The notes under the pieces were generated by a model. That model did not search any database. It saw only the letters and a program-made list of their open reading frames with translations, and was not told where the DNA came from. From NCBI GenBank assembly GCA_007280465.1, contig QYPM01000002.1, forward strand, positions 2,608-66,607: 64,000 nucleotides of DNA, given 5' to 3'. The position numbers were made by a program, and so were the translations under genes. The DNA is from Nitrosopumilales archaeon. GTDB lineage: Archaea; Thermoproteota; Nitrososphaeria; Nitrososphaerales; Nitrosopumilaceae. Shown in pieces: positions 45,240-56,554 of the stretch (position 1 is its first letter; the number at the start of each line of letters is the position of its first letter).

Positions 45240-46052
45240 TTATTGCATGGTGTTTATGATTTTGTTCTGCAATAGATACTGAATTGACTTGATGTATTCA
45301 TCATTAGACACCAGATCTTGGGACCACCATCCTGCAACATGTTTTACCCACAATGGAATACGTTCAAACGAATCAGTAGATTTTACAGTCCAACCAATCT
45401 TAACAAGCCCATTAGAAATCATATACTGAATTCCTTTGCTAAACCCAACATTATCCATTACACCATCATGCCAATTTTTTGCATCATCTTTCATCCATGA
45501 AGGAATTTGTCCAGAATTTGAACTCGTATTACCATTCAAAGAATCTCGAAGCTTGTTTGCAAGGGCAATTCTTTTTTGAATTTGTTCTTCCAAAGAGTCA
45601 GATTGTGTTTGGTTAGAACTTTGTGTACCCTGTTGTGATGCAGTGTTAGAAGCAATAGATGTCCTAAAGGCAATGTTAGCTGTTGCAACAGCATTAGTTG
45701 GCGGAGACACATAGATCATTTTTACCAAGTAAGAACCAGCATTACCCCAGGAAGGTCCCTCCGCCTGGATAGAAGTAGAAAACTTACCATCTGATGATAT
45801 GATAACAGTTCCAATTTGAACAAGCATGTTATCAGGACTATACACTTGGAGAATCATACTGTTTGATGCTCCAGGAGAAGTAACGGTCCCAGATATGACT
45901 ACGATATCACCCGAGGAGTATGATTGTTTGTCCAAGGAAAGATTAACTTGAGTCGGAGTACTTTGCCCAAAGGCTGAGATTGGCATCATTGAAACAATAA
46001 TCATGAGAAAAAACGTCGCTTTTTTCACAAGCCATGGGATTCTTGTCATCAT
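45240..46052 (-). CDS. secreted thaumarchaeal protein with IPxW repeats
   Basis: Signal peptide, Ig-like domain, IPSWMK and IPLWVKHVAGWW. Confidence 0.8.
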   Translation of the reverse strand: MMTRIPWLVKKATFFLMIIVSMMPISAFGQSTPTQVNLSLDKQSYSSGDIVVISGTVTSPGASNSMILQVYSPDNMLVQIGTVIISSDGKFSTSIQAEGPSWGNAGSYLVKMIYVSPPTNAVATANIAFRTSIASNTASQQGTQSSNQTQSDSLEEQIQKRIALANKLRDSLNGNTSSNSGQIPSWMKDDAKNWHDGVMDNVGFSKGIQYMISNGLVKIGWTVKSTDSFERIPLWVKHVAGWWSQDLVSNDEYIKSIQYLLQNKIINTMQ

Positions 46053-46129
46053 AATAAATCGATGTTAGATCTTGTTTATGCCAACTGTAAAGCTAAAATT
46101 ATACCACTGTCAACCCTTTCTGTATTCTA

Positions 46130-47806
46130 ATGGAGATATCAAGTAGAAACGTAGTCGAAGGCACAGCGAGGGCGCCACATAGAGCCATGTACAAGGCAAT
46201 GGGTCTAGACGATAATGATTTAGGAAAACCATTCATCGGAGTATCACATAGTGGAAATGAAGCTACTCCATGCAACATACATCTTGGAAGATTGGCAACT
46301 CATGCAAAGGCAGGAGTAGAAAGTGCTGGAGGTACACCAAGAGAGTTTTCAACAATTGCAGTAAGTGATGGAATTGCAATGGGACATGAAGGTATGAAGT
46401 CATCTCTTGTCAGTAGAGAAATTATTGCAGATTCAATTGAATTAATGGTAAGAGCTCATCAGTATGATGGATTAGTTGGAATCGCAGGTTGTGACAAGAG
46501 CCTTCCAGGTACAATGATGGCAATGGCTCGTCTTAACTTGCCATCAGTCTTTGTTTATGGTGGTACAATAATGCCAGGAGTTTATGAAGGAAAACAAGTT
46601 ACAGTTCAAGATGTTTACGAAGCTGTTGGTGCATACGATGCAGGCAATTTAACATTAGAGGCTCTCAAAAATTTAGAAAACGTGGCATGTCCAAATTCTG
46701 GTTCCTGTGGAGGAATGTATACTGCAAATACCATGGCATCAATTAGTGAGGCGTTAGGAATTGCACTTCCAGGAAATGCATCACCGCCAGCAGAGGATCC
46801 AAGAAGAGAAAAAGTACTGTATGAGAGTGGAAAAGCTGTTATGAATTTACTTGAAAACGGAATAAGGCCTAAAGATATTTTGACATTTGAGGCATTTGAG
46901 AATGCAATTACAGTTGCCAATGCAATAGGAGGCTCAACAAATGCAGTGTTACACTTGCTTGCCTTATCACGTGAGATAGGAGTAAAACTAGAACTAGACG
47001 ACTTTGAGAGAATTAGACGAAAGACACCGCATCTTGCAGACATGAGACCTGGTGGAACATATGTTATGCTCGATCTTGACAAGATAGGCGGAATTCCACT
47101 ATTAATGAAGAGTTTGCAAAAGAAAAATCTCATACATGAAAATATCATGACCGTAACAGGTAAGACAGTAAAACAGAATCTAGATTCATTAAAGATTTCA
47201 TTTGATGCAAATCAGCAGGTCTTAAAATCAATCGAGTCCCCAATTCATGAAGTTGGAACTCTAACAATTCTTAGAGGAACACTTGCACCAGATGGAGCAG
47301 TTGTAAAAGTTGCAGGAGTTCACACAAAAGAATTCAGAGGACGAGCCAAAGTATATGATAGAGAAGAGGATGCATTTGATGCAATATCAAAACGACAGAT
47401 AAAAGAACACGATGTTGTAATCATACGATATGAAGGTCCAAAAGGAGGACCAGGTATGCGAGAGATGCTAGGAGTAACAGCAGCTCTTGTTGGACAAAAT
47501 CTAGGTGAAAAAGTTGCATTGATAACAGATGGGCGATTCTCAGGTGCAACAAGAGGTTTCATGATTGGACATGTTGCCCCAGAAGCAGCAGTTGGTGGAA
47601 ATATTGCTCTAGTCAAAGAAGGAGATGAGATTGTAATTAATCTTGAAAAAAACAGTATCGATATAATGGTACCAGAAAATGAACTTGCTCAAAGAAGAAA
47701 AGAGTGGAAACCAAGAAAACCAAATTATGAAAGTGGGGCACTTGCAAAATATGCATCACTTGTAACTTCTGCCGCTGAAGGTGCAATCACAAAACCAATC
47801 TGGTAA
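46130..47806 (+). CDS. ilvD: dihydroxy-acid dehydratase
   Basis: [34 protein letters not shown]. Confidence 0.98.
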   Translation: MEISSRNVVEGTARAPHRAMYKAMGLDDNDLGKPFIGVSHSGNEATPCNIHLGRLATHAKAGVESAGGTPREFSTIAVSDGIAMGHEGMKSSLVSREIIADSIELMVRAHQYDGLVGIAGCDKSLPGTMMAMARLNLPSVFVYGGTIMPGVYEGKQVTVQDVYEAVGAYDAGNLTLEALKNLENVACPNSGSCGGMYTANTMASISEALGIALPGNASPPAEDPRREKVLYESGKAVMNLLENGIRPKDILTFEAFENAITVANAIGGSTNAVLHLLALSREIGVKLELDDFERIRRKTPHLADMRPGGTYVMLDLDKIGGIPLLMKSLQKKNLIHENIMTVTGKTVKQNLDSLKISFDANQQVLKSIESPIHEVGTLTILRGTLAPDGAVVKVAGVHTKEFRGRAKVYDREEDAFDAISKRQIKEHDVVIIRYEGPKGGPGMREMLGVTAALVGQNLGEKVALITDGRFSGATRGFMIGHVAPEAAVGGNIALVKEGDEIVINLEKNSIDIMVPENELAQRRKEWKPRKPNYESGALAKYASLVTSAAEGAITKPIW

Positions 47807-47823
47807 ATATAAAAATTTTCTAG

Positions 47824-48039
47824 TTATTCTTCAGGAAGATGGTATTGACAGAAAAGTCTCAGGTTCACACCAATTCTTTTTGCAGTAACAGATACACCAT
47901 CTTCAAGACCTTTTTGGCATATGTTACAGGTTACCTCTTTTACAGTAGATTTTACAGGAGCTTTTTTTGCTACAAAATACAGGTCTTGGAATAGCAAGGA
48001 CTTTGTCTTGCCAAACTCTGGAATCAGTATTTGAGACAT
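47824..48039 (-). CDS. small zinc-binding protein (CxxC...CxxH)
   Basis: QDLY...TCNICQKGL...SVTAK...FCQYH. Confidence 0.75.
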   Translation of the reverse strand: MSQILIPEFGKTKSLLFQDLYFVAKKAPVKSTVKEVTCNICQKGLEDGVSVTAKRIGVNLRLFCQYHLPEE

Positions 48040-48146
48040 GTATCATATACGGCCAGATCGGATATAAAGGTACCGTACCATACCGTAATTATGCCAACAT
48101 AGGCTTGCTTAATTTTAAATAGAGAGAGCAATGAGTTTGTCCATGG

Positions 48147-49502
48147 GTGGCTACATTTGGACATTCAAACCTTAAGATAATACCTCTAGACTATACTGGC
48201 TCCCAATTTGATCTATACAACAAAATATCACGCGACTTTGATCATTCATTTTTCTTCGAGTCCCTAACAGGACCAGAAGAACTATCAGAGACATCTCTAA
48301 TGGGTTTTGACCCTACAATAATTATCAAGGGGTATTCAGACAAGGTCGTACTCCATTACAAAAGTGGAGGTGCCATGACAATTCAAACAAAGGATCCCTT
48401 GTCTGAAATTAAAAAATTAGTTTACAAAATACATGATCAAAAGTACCGATATCTTGGAGGAGCAGTGGGAATTATCAATTATGATGCAATCAGATTATGG
48501 GAAAATATTCCAAATTCACACGGAGATTCTGAAGAGCCTTTAATGGAGTTTGGCATATACACGGATGGAATTCTTTATGACAACAAAGAAAAAAAATCAT
48601 TTTATTTTTACTATGATAAAAATAGAATAGACAAAATATCATTCTCAAATGTAGACTGCGGCAAGTTTTCAGCTTCAGAAATATCAGAGAACTTGGATCA
48701 AGATAGATTTGTAGAAATGGTAAAAAAAGCAAAAAAATACATTCATGATGGAGACATTTTCCAAGTTGTACTTTCAAGAAAATTCAATTTTGATGCAGAT
48801 GGAGATTATCTCAAAGTATACAAAATTCTAAGACAGATCAATCCTTCGCCATATCTTTACCACATGAAACTAGGACCGCGAACTATAATCGGCTCTAGTC
48901 CTGAAATGTTATTACGAATTACAGGAAATCATGTAGAGACATTCCCAATTGCAGGAACAAGGCCAATTACAAAAGACGAGAAGAGAAACGATGAGCTAAA
49001 AGAAGAGTTGTTGCATGATGAGAAAGAATTAGCAGAGCATACAATGTTAGTAGATCTTGGAAGAAATGACATTGGGCGTGTATGCAAATACGGCTCTGTG
49101 CATGTCAAAGAACTAATGGCAGTCAAAAAGTTCAGCCATGTTCAGCACATAGTGACTCACGTAGTAGGAACTTTGGATAAAAAATATGACATGTATGATG
49201 CCATGAGAGCAGTCTTTCCAGCAGGAACTGTCTCAGGCGCTCCAAAGATTAGAGCCATGGAGATAATTGATGAATTAGAGCCAGATTCAAGAGGCCCATA
49301 TGCAGGCGCCGTGGGATATTTTTCATTTAATGGCTGTTGCGACTTTGCAATCGCAATAAGAAGCATCTTCATGAATGGTTCAAAGGGATTCATTCAGACA
49401 GGAGCAGGCATAGTTACAGACTCGATTTCCCAAAATGAATGGATGGAGACAGAACACAAAGCAAATGCAATGATATCAGCCCTAAAGGAGGCATCAAAAT
49501 GA
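48147..49502 (+). CDS. trpE: anthranilate synthase component I
   Basis: [43 protein letters not shown]. Confidence 0.97.
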   Translation: MATFGHSNLKIIPLDYTGSQFDLYNKISRDFDHSFFFESLTGPEELSETSLMGFDPTIIIKGYSDKVVLHYKSGGAMTIQTKDPLSEIKKLVYKIHDQKYRYLGGAVGIINYDAIRLWENIPNSHGDSEEPLMEFGIYTDGILYDNKEKKSFYFYYDKNRIDKISFSNVDCGKFSASEISENLDQDRFVEMVKKAKKYIHDGDIFQVVLSRKFNFDADGDYLKVYKILRQINPSPYLYHMKLGPRTIIGSSPEMLLRITGNHVETFPIAGTRPITKDEKRNDELKEELLHDEKELAEHTMLVDLGRNDIGRVCKYGSVHVKELMAVKKFSHVQHIVTHVVGTLDKKYDMYDAMRAVFPAGTVSGAPKIRAMEIIDELEPDSRGPYAGAVGYFSFNGCCDFAIAIRSIFMNGSKGFIQTGAGIVTDSISQNEWMETEHKANAMISALKEASK

Positions 49503-50086
49503 AATTTTTAATCATAGATAATTATGATTCATTTGTTTACAATATAGCTCAGCTACTCGGAGAGTTAAATGTAGAATCAGATGTAATTAGAAATGACAAG
49601 ATAACAATAGAAGATATCAAAAAGGGAAACTATGATGCAATAATAATTTCTCCAGGTCCTGGAACTCCAGAGGATGAAAAATATTTCGGCATATGTACCA
49701 AAGTTATCAAGGAATTGGGACCAACAAAACCAATACTAGGAGTGTGTCTTGGTCATCAAGGAATCATACATGCATTTGGAGGAAAAGTTGTCAATGCAGG
49801 AAATGTAAGACATGGAAAAACAAGTCAGGTAGAATATGTCCAGTCTCCGCTCTTTGAAGGAGTACAAAATCCATTCAGAGCTACGCGATATCATTCTCTA
49901 GTTGGGGACAAGACAATAATTCCAGATGACCTAAAAGTGACTGCAATAGCCCAAGATGATAAAGAGATAATGGCAGTAAGTCACAAAAAATATTTAATTG
50001 AAGGAGTCCAGTTTCATCCAGAGTCAATCATGACTAGTGAAGGTAAGAAAATTCTAAGTAACTTTATCAAGTTGGTGCAAAAATGA
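49499..50086 (+). CDS. trpG: anthranilate synthase component II
   Basis: IDNYDSF, SPGPG, GVCLGHQ, QFHPES; ATG overlaps trpE stop. Confidence 0.97.
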   Translation: MKFLIIDNYDSFVYNIAQLLGELNVESDVIRNDKITIEDIKKGNYDAIIISPGPGTPEDEKYFGICTKVIKELGPTKPILGVCLGHQGIIHAFGGKVVNAGNVRHGKTSQVEYVQSPLFEGVQNPFRATRYHSLVGDKTIIPDDLKVTAIAQDDKEIMAVSHKKYLIEGVQFHPESIMTSEGKKILSNFIKLVQK

Positions 50087-51129
50087 TCTCAGAGTATATC
50101 AGCAAGATTTCATCCAACAAGAATCTAAGCTACAATGAGATGTCTCAAATCATGAATGAAATTTTATCTGGGAAAATTTCTGTTGATGAGACCACAAATT
50201 TCCTCAAAGCTCTGACAGAAAAGGGAGAGACTGACCAGGAACTTCTTGCAATGTTAGATAAAATGCATGAGAATGTAATTCAGATACACCCCAAAATAGA
50301 TCAGAGTATAATCGATGTTTGTGGAACTGGTGGAGACAGTATGAGTACATTTAACATTTCAACTACTGCGTCATTTGTTATTGCAGCATCAGGTGTGGTA
50401 GTTGCAAAACATGGTAACAGATCATCTTCCGGAATAAGCGGAAGTGCAGATATTTTTGAATATTTTGGATACGACCTGGATATGGAACCAAGTAGAGTTC
50501 AAGAGATAATTGAAAAGTTTGGAATAGGATTCATGTTTGCCCCAAAGTTTCATCCAGCCATGAAAAATGTTGCAGAAGCAAGAAAAGTCATAGGTAAAAG
50601 GACCGCATTTAATCTCCTAGGACCTCTAACAAATCCCGCATCAGTAAAACATCAGCTAGTTGGAGTATATTCAAAAGAGTATCTTAGTCGAGTCATATCA
50701 CTTTTGGAATCAAAAGGGTCAGAAAGTGTAATGACTGTGATTTCTGAGGATGGTCTTGATGAGTTATCCACAACATCCAAAAATTATATTTATCAATTAA
50801 ACAAGGGTGAAGTAACAAGCTCTGTATTAGATCCAACAGAACTTGGTTTGAGTAAAGCTAAACTATCTGATCTTCAGGTCTCAACAAAGGATGAGGCAAT
50901 CAATGCCTTTGTTTCAGTTCTCAACGGAACTGCCAAAAAACCAATGTTAGAAATAACTGCTCTTAATGCAGCAGCAGGTTTGATAGTTGGAGGATTTTCA
51001 GAAAAATTCGATGAGGCGTTAGGCATTTCACTTCAGACAATAAAAAATGGAAAGGCATATGATCTCTTTAGAGATTTTATCAGATATTGTGGAGATCTAA
51101 CAAACTTGGAGGCTTTTGAGAAAAAATGA
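50083..51129 (+). CDS. trpD: anthranilate phosphoribosyltransferase
   Basis: DVCGTGGD, KHGNRS, FNLLGPL. Confidence 0.97.
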   Translation: MISEYISKISSNKNLSYNEMSQIMNEILSGKISVDETTNFLKALTEKGETDQELLAMLDKMHENVIQIHPKIDQSIIDVCGTGGDSMSTFNISTTASFVIAASGVVVAKHGNRSSSGISGSADIFEYFGYDLDMEPSRVQEIIEKFGIGFMFAPKFHPAMKNVAEARKVIGKRTAFNLLGPLTNPASVKHQLVGVYSKEYLSRVISLLESKGSESVMTVISEDGLDELSTTSKNYIYQLNKGEVTSSVLDPTELGLSKAKLSDLQVSTKDEAINAFVSVLNGTAKKPMLEITALNAAAGLIVGGFSEKFDEALGISLQTIKNGKAYDLFRDFIRYCGDLTNLEAFEKK

Positions 51130-51899
51130 AAGACATGTTAGAAAAACTTGCCAAGAATTCACAAAGGGCAGTAAATGATAAAGTATATGAAATCAATTAC
51201 AAAAATTCCAATTCAGGAAAAAATCTAATTGAACAAATTAGAAACAACAAACATGCATCTCTGATAACTGAAGTAAAATTTTCTTCTCCATCTCTTGGAG
51301 ACATACGAGAAATTTCTGATCCTGTTTTGATTGCAAAGCAAATGGTAGAGGGAGGTGCAGTTGGACTATCAGTTCTGACACAGCCCTACTTGTTTAATGG
51401 CTCACCAGAATATTTTACAAAAATTCGTAAACAAGTCCAAGTTCCGCTTTTAATGAAAGATATTATTGTAGATAAAGTTCAAATCGACGCCGCTGAAAAA
51501 TTGGGAGCCGATGTGGTTCTATTAATACAGGCAATATTTGATAAAAATTTTGCAAGTGATATTGATGATTTTATTGCATATGCACACAAAAAGAACCTAC
51601 TAGTGTTACTAGAATCTCATACAAAGAAAGAATTTACAGATTCTGTAAAAACTCAGGCAGACATACTTGGGATAAATAATCGTAATCTAGACACTTTGGA
51701 AATTGATCTTCAAACAACACAGACTATCTTAAAAGACAGAGATGAGAAAAGGATCATAATCGCAGAAAGCGGAATAGAATCACCAAAAGACATTCAATTT
51801 CTACGTAAATGTGGTGCAGATGCATTTCTAGTTGGTAGTAGCATAATGAAGAGTAAAGATATCAAGGGATTAGTAGAAGAGTTGGCATTAGCAATATGA
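51126..51899 (+). CDS. trpC: indole-3-glycerol-phosphate synthase
   Basis: [28 protein letters not shown]. Confidence 0.96.
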   Translation: MKDMLEKLAKNSQRAVNDKVYEINYKNSNSGKNLIEQIRNNKHASLITEVKFSSPSLGDIREISDPVLIAKQMVEGGAVGLSVLTQPYLFNGSPEYFTKIRKQVQVPLLMKDIIVDKVQIDAAEKLGADVVLLIQAIFDKNFASDIDDFIAYAHKKNLLVLLESHTKKEFTDSVKTQADILGINNRNLDTLEIDLQTTQTILKDRDEKRIIIAESGIESPKDIQFLRKCGADAFLVGSSIMKSKDIKGLVEELALAI

Positions 51900-53098
51900 A
51901 ACTAAAATACCCAAAGAATGGCAAATTTGGAGAATTTGGAGGAAGATACATCCCTGAAACCCTAGTTCCTGCAGTAGAGGAATTAGAAGAGGCATATCTA
52001 AAATACAAAGACGATGCAGAATTTAACAAAGAATTACGCTATTACTTGACGCAGTATGCAGGAAGGCCCACTCCGCTTTACCTTGCAAGAAACCTAACAG
52101 AATTTGCAGGTGGTGCAAAAATATATCTCAAAAGAGAGGATTTGTTGCACGGCGGAGCCCACAAAATAAACAACACGCTAGGTCAGGGATTACTTGCAAA
52201 AAGAATGAAGAAAAAAAGAATCATTGCAGAAACTGGCGCAGGACAGCATGGGGTTGCAACTGCCATGGCATGCTCTGCTTTAGGATTACATGGTGAAGTC
52301 TACATGGGCTACAAAGATACTCAAAGACAAAAGCTAAATGTGTTTAGAATGAATTTACTTGGGTCCAAAGTACATCCAGTTAAAGAAGGAACACAAACCC
52401 TCAAGGATGCAATAAATGAAGCAATACGTGATTGGATTACAAATGTAAAAACAACTTACTATCTTTTAGGATCGGCAGTTGGCCCACATCCATATCCAGT
52501 AATGGTGAGAGACTTTCAATCAGTCATAGGAAATGAAATTCTTGCACAGATGAAAGAATTGGAAAAGAAATCACCGGATTCTGTTGTAGCATGTGTTGGA
52601 GGAGGCTCAAACGCAATTGGAACTTTCTACCCACTAATCGATGAAGATACCAAGATGTTTGGAATTGAAGCTGGAGGAAAAGGAATCAAGAGTGGTCATC
52701 ATTCTGCAACACTAGTAGGAGGATCAAAAGGAATTCTTCATGGAATGCTTACATATCTTCTACAAGACAAAGAGGGACAAATTAGTGAGACACATAGCAT
52801 ATCAGCAGGGTTAGACTACCCAGGAGTTGGCCCGGAGCATTCGTATCTAAAAGATGCAAAGAGAGTAAAGTATGATGCAGTAAATGACAAGGAGGCAGTA
52901 GAGGCATTTCTTTTACTTTCAAAACATGAAGGAATCATACCGGCTCTTGAGTCAGCACATGCAATTGCATATGCAATAAAAATTGCAAAGAACATGCCAA
53001 AGAGCGAGAGTATTGTAGTAACACTATCAGGTAGAGGAGACAAAGATGTGGAAGAAGTTGGGAGATATTTGAGTAAAAATGTCAAGAATAAAAAGTAA
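51896..53098 (+). CDS. trpB: tryptophan synthase beta chain
   Basis: [27 protein letters not shown]. Confidence 0.98.
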   Translation: MKLKYPKNGKFGEFGGRYIPETLVPAVEELEEAYLKYKDDAEFNKELRYYLTQYAGRPTPLYLARNLTEFAGGAKIYLKREDLLHGGAHKINNTLGQGLLAKRMKKKRIIAETGAGQHGVATAMACSALGLHGEVYMGYKDTQRQKLNVFRMNLLGSKVHPVKEGTQTLKDAINEAIRDWITNVKTTYYLLGSAVGPHPYPVMVRDFQSVIGNEILAQMKELEKKSPDSVVACVGGGSNAIGTFYPLIDEDTKMFGIEAGGKGIKSGHHSATLVGGSKGILHGMLTYLLQDKEGQISETHSISAGLDYPGVGPEHSYLKDAKRVKYDAVNDKEAVEAFLLLSKHEGIIPALESAHAIAYAIKIAKNMPKSESIVVTLSGRGDKDVEEVGRYLSKNVKNKK

Positions 53099-53885
53099 AT
53101 TTCAAGACCTCAAGTCAAAAAACCAAAAGGCCTTGATAGCATATGTCATGGCAGGATTTCCAAATGAAAAAGGTACCATATCTGCAGTTCGCGGATTAGT
53201 AAAGGGAGGTGCAGATATAATAGAACTTGGAATGCCATTTTCAGATCCTCTAGCAGATGGACCTGTAATTCAAAATGCTGGATTTCATGCATTACAAAAA
53301 GGAATGAATTTTGTCAAGTTTCTTACCCTAGTGAAAAAAATTCGTAAAGAGACAGACATACCACTTGTTTTGATGACATATACAAATCTCCTTTACAGAC
53401 ATGGTTATGAGAAATTCATATCCATTGTAAAAAAGGCAGGAATTGATGGATTAATTCTTCCGGACATGTCAGTTGACGAATCAAAAGAGTTTCTTCAAGC
53501 AGCAAAGAAGCATGAGATGGATACAATATTTCTCATCTCACCAAATACAACACCTCAGAGAATCAAAAAGATAGCAGACGTTTCGTCAGGTTTTCTATAT
53601 TTGGTATCAGTATTTGGAACCACTGGAGGTCAACAACAATTCCAAGATTATACCACACGTGCAATAAAGAACGCCAAAAATATACTGGATGGTAAAATTC
53701 CGCTCGGAGTGGGATTTGGCGTAAGCAACCCAGATCAGGCAAGATTCATAATAAAATCTGGGGCAGATGCAATAATTGTAGGAAGTGCTTTTTTACGACT
53801 AATAGAAAATGCATCGTCAGAAAAGATCGAAAGTAAAATTGAATCTTTTACAAAGAGCCTAAAGAAATCTACAATATCAGAATAA
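53079..53885 (+). CDS. trpA: tryptophan synthase alpha chain
   Basis: [26 protein letters not shown]. Confidence 0.98.
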   Translation: MSRIKSKFQDLKSKNQKALIAYVMAGFPNEKGTISAVRGLVKGGADIIELGMPFSDPLADGPVIQNAGFHALQKGMNFVKFLTLVKKIRKETDIPLVLMTYTNLLYRHGYEKFISIVKKAGIDGLILPDMSVDESKEFLQAAKKHEMDTIFLISPNTTPQRIKKIADVSSGFLYLVSVFGTTGGQQQFQDYTTRAIKNAKNILDGKIPLGVGFGVSNPDQARFIIKSGADAIIVGSAFLRLIENASSEKIESKIESFTKSLKKSTISE

Positions 53886-53910
53886 GAAATAAAAAGACCT
53901 CCAATCCATC

Positions 53911-55527
53911 ATGGATATGCAGACTGAATCTACAAAATACATTTTCGTTACTGGAGGAGTCATGTCTGGCCTTGGAAAAGGAGTAGTTTCATCCTCTATT
54001 GCAAAGTTACTTCAGCTTTCTAATCAAAAAGTCTCTTGTGTGAAATTTGATCCATATCTGAACTATGATGCAGGAACAATGAACCCTATTGCACATGGAG
54101 AGGTCTTTGTCACAGAAGACGGCGGAGAGTGTGATATGGACATAGGAAACTATGAGAGATTTCTAAATCAAAACATACCAAGAACCCACAATATAACAAC
54201 AGCCCAGATTTACTCAAGTGTAATAGAGGCCGAGAGACGTGGGGAGTACCTAGGAGCTTGTGTGCAGATAATCCCACATGTGACAGACGCTATCAAAGAC
54301 AGAATAAGAAAGATAGTCAAAACTGAGGGGCTTGACATGTTAGTAGTAGAATGTGGTGGAACAGTAGGTGATATTGAAAGTTTACCGTTTCTTGAAGCAT
54401 TAAGACAGATGAGATTAGAGGAAGGGCCCGAAAGTGTAATCTTTGTTCACGTAACTTTAGCACCTTCTCTTGATGTGGTGGGAGAACAAAAGACAAAACC
54501 TACTCAACACAGTGTTCAGGAACTACGAAGAATTGGTATCCAGCCAGATTTACTTGCAGTCAGATGTACAAGACCACTTGAGATGGCTGCAAGGAAAAAG
54601 ATTTCATTATTTTCAAACGTTACAGAACGTGATGTATTTTCATGTCATGATGCAGAATCAATTCTTTTAGTTCCACAGATGCTATATGATCAGGGAATAA
54701 TTGATGTAATATTCAAAAAATTTGGAAAAGTTGGATTGGTCAACACTTCTGCAAACTGGGACAAGTGGAATGAAATAATAAATTCATTTCAAAATACAAA
54801 AGAATCAGTACGAATTGCAATGGTTGGTAAATATGTCAAACTTGCAGATAGTTATGTAAGTGTAAATCATGCACTAAAACACGCTGGTGCAAAGATTGGT
54901 AAAAACGTAATAATTGATTGGATAGACTCTGAAGAATTAAACGGCGATGTGAGCAAACTAGCATCATACAACGGCATAATTGTTCCAGGGGGTTTTGGAG
55001 ACAGAGGATCAGAAGGAATAATCAGTACCGCAAACTATGCACGAGAGAAAAACATCCCATACCTTGGAATCTGTTTTGGCTTTCAGCTAGCAGCAGTGGC
55101 ATTTGGAAGAAATGTGTGTGGATTGGCAAATGCAAACTCTACTGAAATATCTCCTAGTACAGAAAATCCAATAATTGATCTTTTACCAGAACAGAAATCA
55201 ATTGAGAACAAGGGCGGCTCACTACGTCTTGGAGCACATGATATAACAGTTGAAGAAAATACACTAGCGTTCAAGCTTTACAAATCCAATAAAATACAAA
55301 AAAGACATAGGCATAGATTTGAATTCAATCAGAAATACCTAGAGATATTCTCCTCAAAGGGCATGAAGTTTTCAGGATATAGCGACAGCAAAAAACGCAT
55401 TGAAGTATTAGAGATTCCCTCACACAGATTCTATCTAGGAGTTCAGTACCATCCAGAGTTTAGCAGTAGACCAGGCCATCCTGAGGAATCATTTGAGGCA
55501 TTCATTAGAGCGTCAGCTAATGCCTAA
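53911..55527 (+). CDS. pyrG: CTP synthase
   Basis: TGGVMSGLGKG, KTKPTQHS, GICFG, QYHPE. Confidence 0.98.
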   Translation: MDMQTESTKYIFVTGGVMSGLGKGVVSSSIAKLLQLSNQKVSCVKFDPYLNYDAGTMNPIAHGEVFVTEDGGECDMDIGNYERFLNQNIPRTHNITTAQIYSSVIEAERRGEYLGACVQIIPHVTDAIKDRIRKIVKTEGLDMLVVECGGTVGDIESLPFLEALRQMRLEEGPESVIFVHVTLAPSLDVVGEQKTKPTQHSVQELRRIGIQPDLLAVRCTRPLEMAARKKISLFSNVTERDVFSCHDAESILLVPQMLYDQGIIDVIFKKFGKVGLVNTSANWDKWNEIINSFQNTKESVRIAMVGKYVKLADSYVSVNHALKHAGAKIGKNVIIDWIDSEELNGDVSKLASYNGIIVPGGFGDRGSEGIISTANYAREKNIPYLGICFGFQLAAVAFGRNVCGLANANSTEISPSTENPIIDLLPEQKSIENKGGSLRLGAHDITVEENTLAFKLYKSNKIQKRHRHRFEFNQKYLEIFSSKGMKFSGYSDSKKRIEVLEIPSHRFYLGVQYHPEFSSRPGHPEESFEAFIRASANA

Positions 55528-55530
55528 GAA

Positions 55531-56523
55531 CTATTTGGGAATTTCGTATATTCTTTGACGTGTATCGCGTAGTGAGACTCTACGTTTGACATATCCTTTC
55601 TCAAGTAAGTGACTCAGGGCAAGTCTAACAGTCCTGTCAGGGAGGAGAGTTTTTTCAGCAAGTTCTTTTTGTGAAAGAGATCCTTCGTATTCAAGTGTCT
55701 TTAGTAACAACTTGGAGCTTGGTGGCATATTCAATAGTTCATCTGCAAGTTTTACTTTTTTGGCAAGAGCTGATACAGTAGTAGAATCTTTTTTCATCCT
55801 AATGACATTTGCAGGTTGTGAAAATTTAGTACATGTAACAGTCTTGTCAACTTTGAATCTGTCTTTTCCATCAACTACAACTTCACATCTTAGACTAGAG
55901 GATATATCATCAATTTCGATCAAAGTGTCTTCAGGAACTATTAGAGGACGTCTTGTGATATCAAGTGAGTTTACAGATACAATACAGAACACTTTAGAAT
56001 TTTGATAAATTGCAGGACCGCCTGCAGACATGGAATATGCAGATGACCCAATAGGAGTTGAGATAATCAAACCATCGCTGCTATCATGCCAAAGCTCTTC
56101 TCCATTTACTCGCAAGACATGCTCTACCAGTGTTGCACTCTTTGAGGAGAATATTGCAACATCGTTTAATGCAGGATAGATTGGTTTGTCATCAATTTTT
56201 ACACCAACCCTTGGAAGAGCTTCAATTGAAAAATCACCTTTTTTCAATCTGTTAAGGTAGAGTGGAAATTGTTTGAGATCAGTCTGGGCTAAAAATCCGC
56301 TTGACTCGTACTCATTTATACCAAGTACTGGAATTGTCGAGTTTGTAAAATGATGGAAATAGTTTCTAACTCCTCGGTCTCCACCTGTTACGATTACATA
56401 GTCAATGTCTTTTACCAGCGGTTTTTTTCCAAGAGTTACAGATTCTATTCCATGGCTTTCAAGTGAAAGTTTTAGAGATTTTACAGTCTGTTCATGATCC
56501 TGACTAAATATTGCAACCTTCAC
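55531..56523 (-). CDS. NAD kinase-like protein with C-terminal winged helix
   Basis: GGD, LNDV, DGLIISTPIGSSAYSMSAGG; C-terminal LSQKELAEKTLLPDRTVR HTH. Confidence 0.88.
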   Translation of the reverse strand: MKVAIFSQDHEQTVKSLKLSLESHGIESVTLGKKPLVKDIDYVIVTGGDRGVRNYFHHFTNSTIPVLGINEYESSGFLAQTDLKQFPLYLNRLKKGDFSIEALPRVGVKIDDKPIYPALNDVAIFSSKSATLVEHVLRVNGEELWHDSSDGLIISTPIGSSAYSMSAGGPAIYQNSKVFCIVSVNSLDITRRPLIVPEDTLIEIDDISSSLRCEVVVDGKDRFKVDKTVTCTKFSQPANVIRMKKDSTTVSALAKKVKLADELLNMPPSSKLLLKTLEYEGSLSQKELAEKTLLPDRTVRLALSHLLEKGYVKRRVSLRDTRQRIYEIPK

Positions 56524-56554
56524 AGGTATGATTCACACCTCATTCAATAAAAGC

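Noticed and set aside
46615-47148. 177-aa minus-strand ORF
   Set aside because: Antisense shadow of ilvD.
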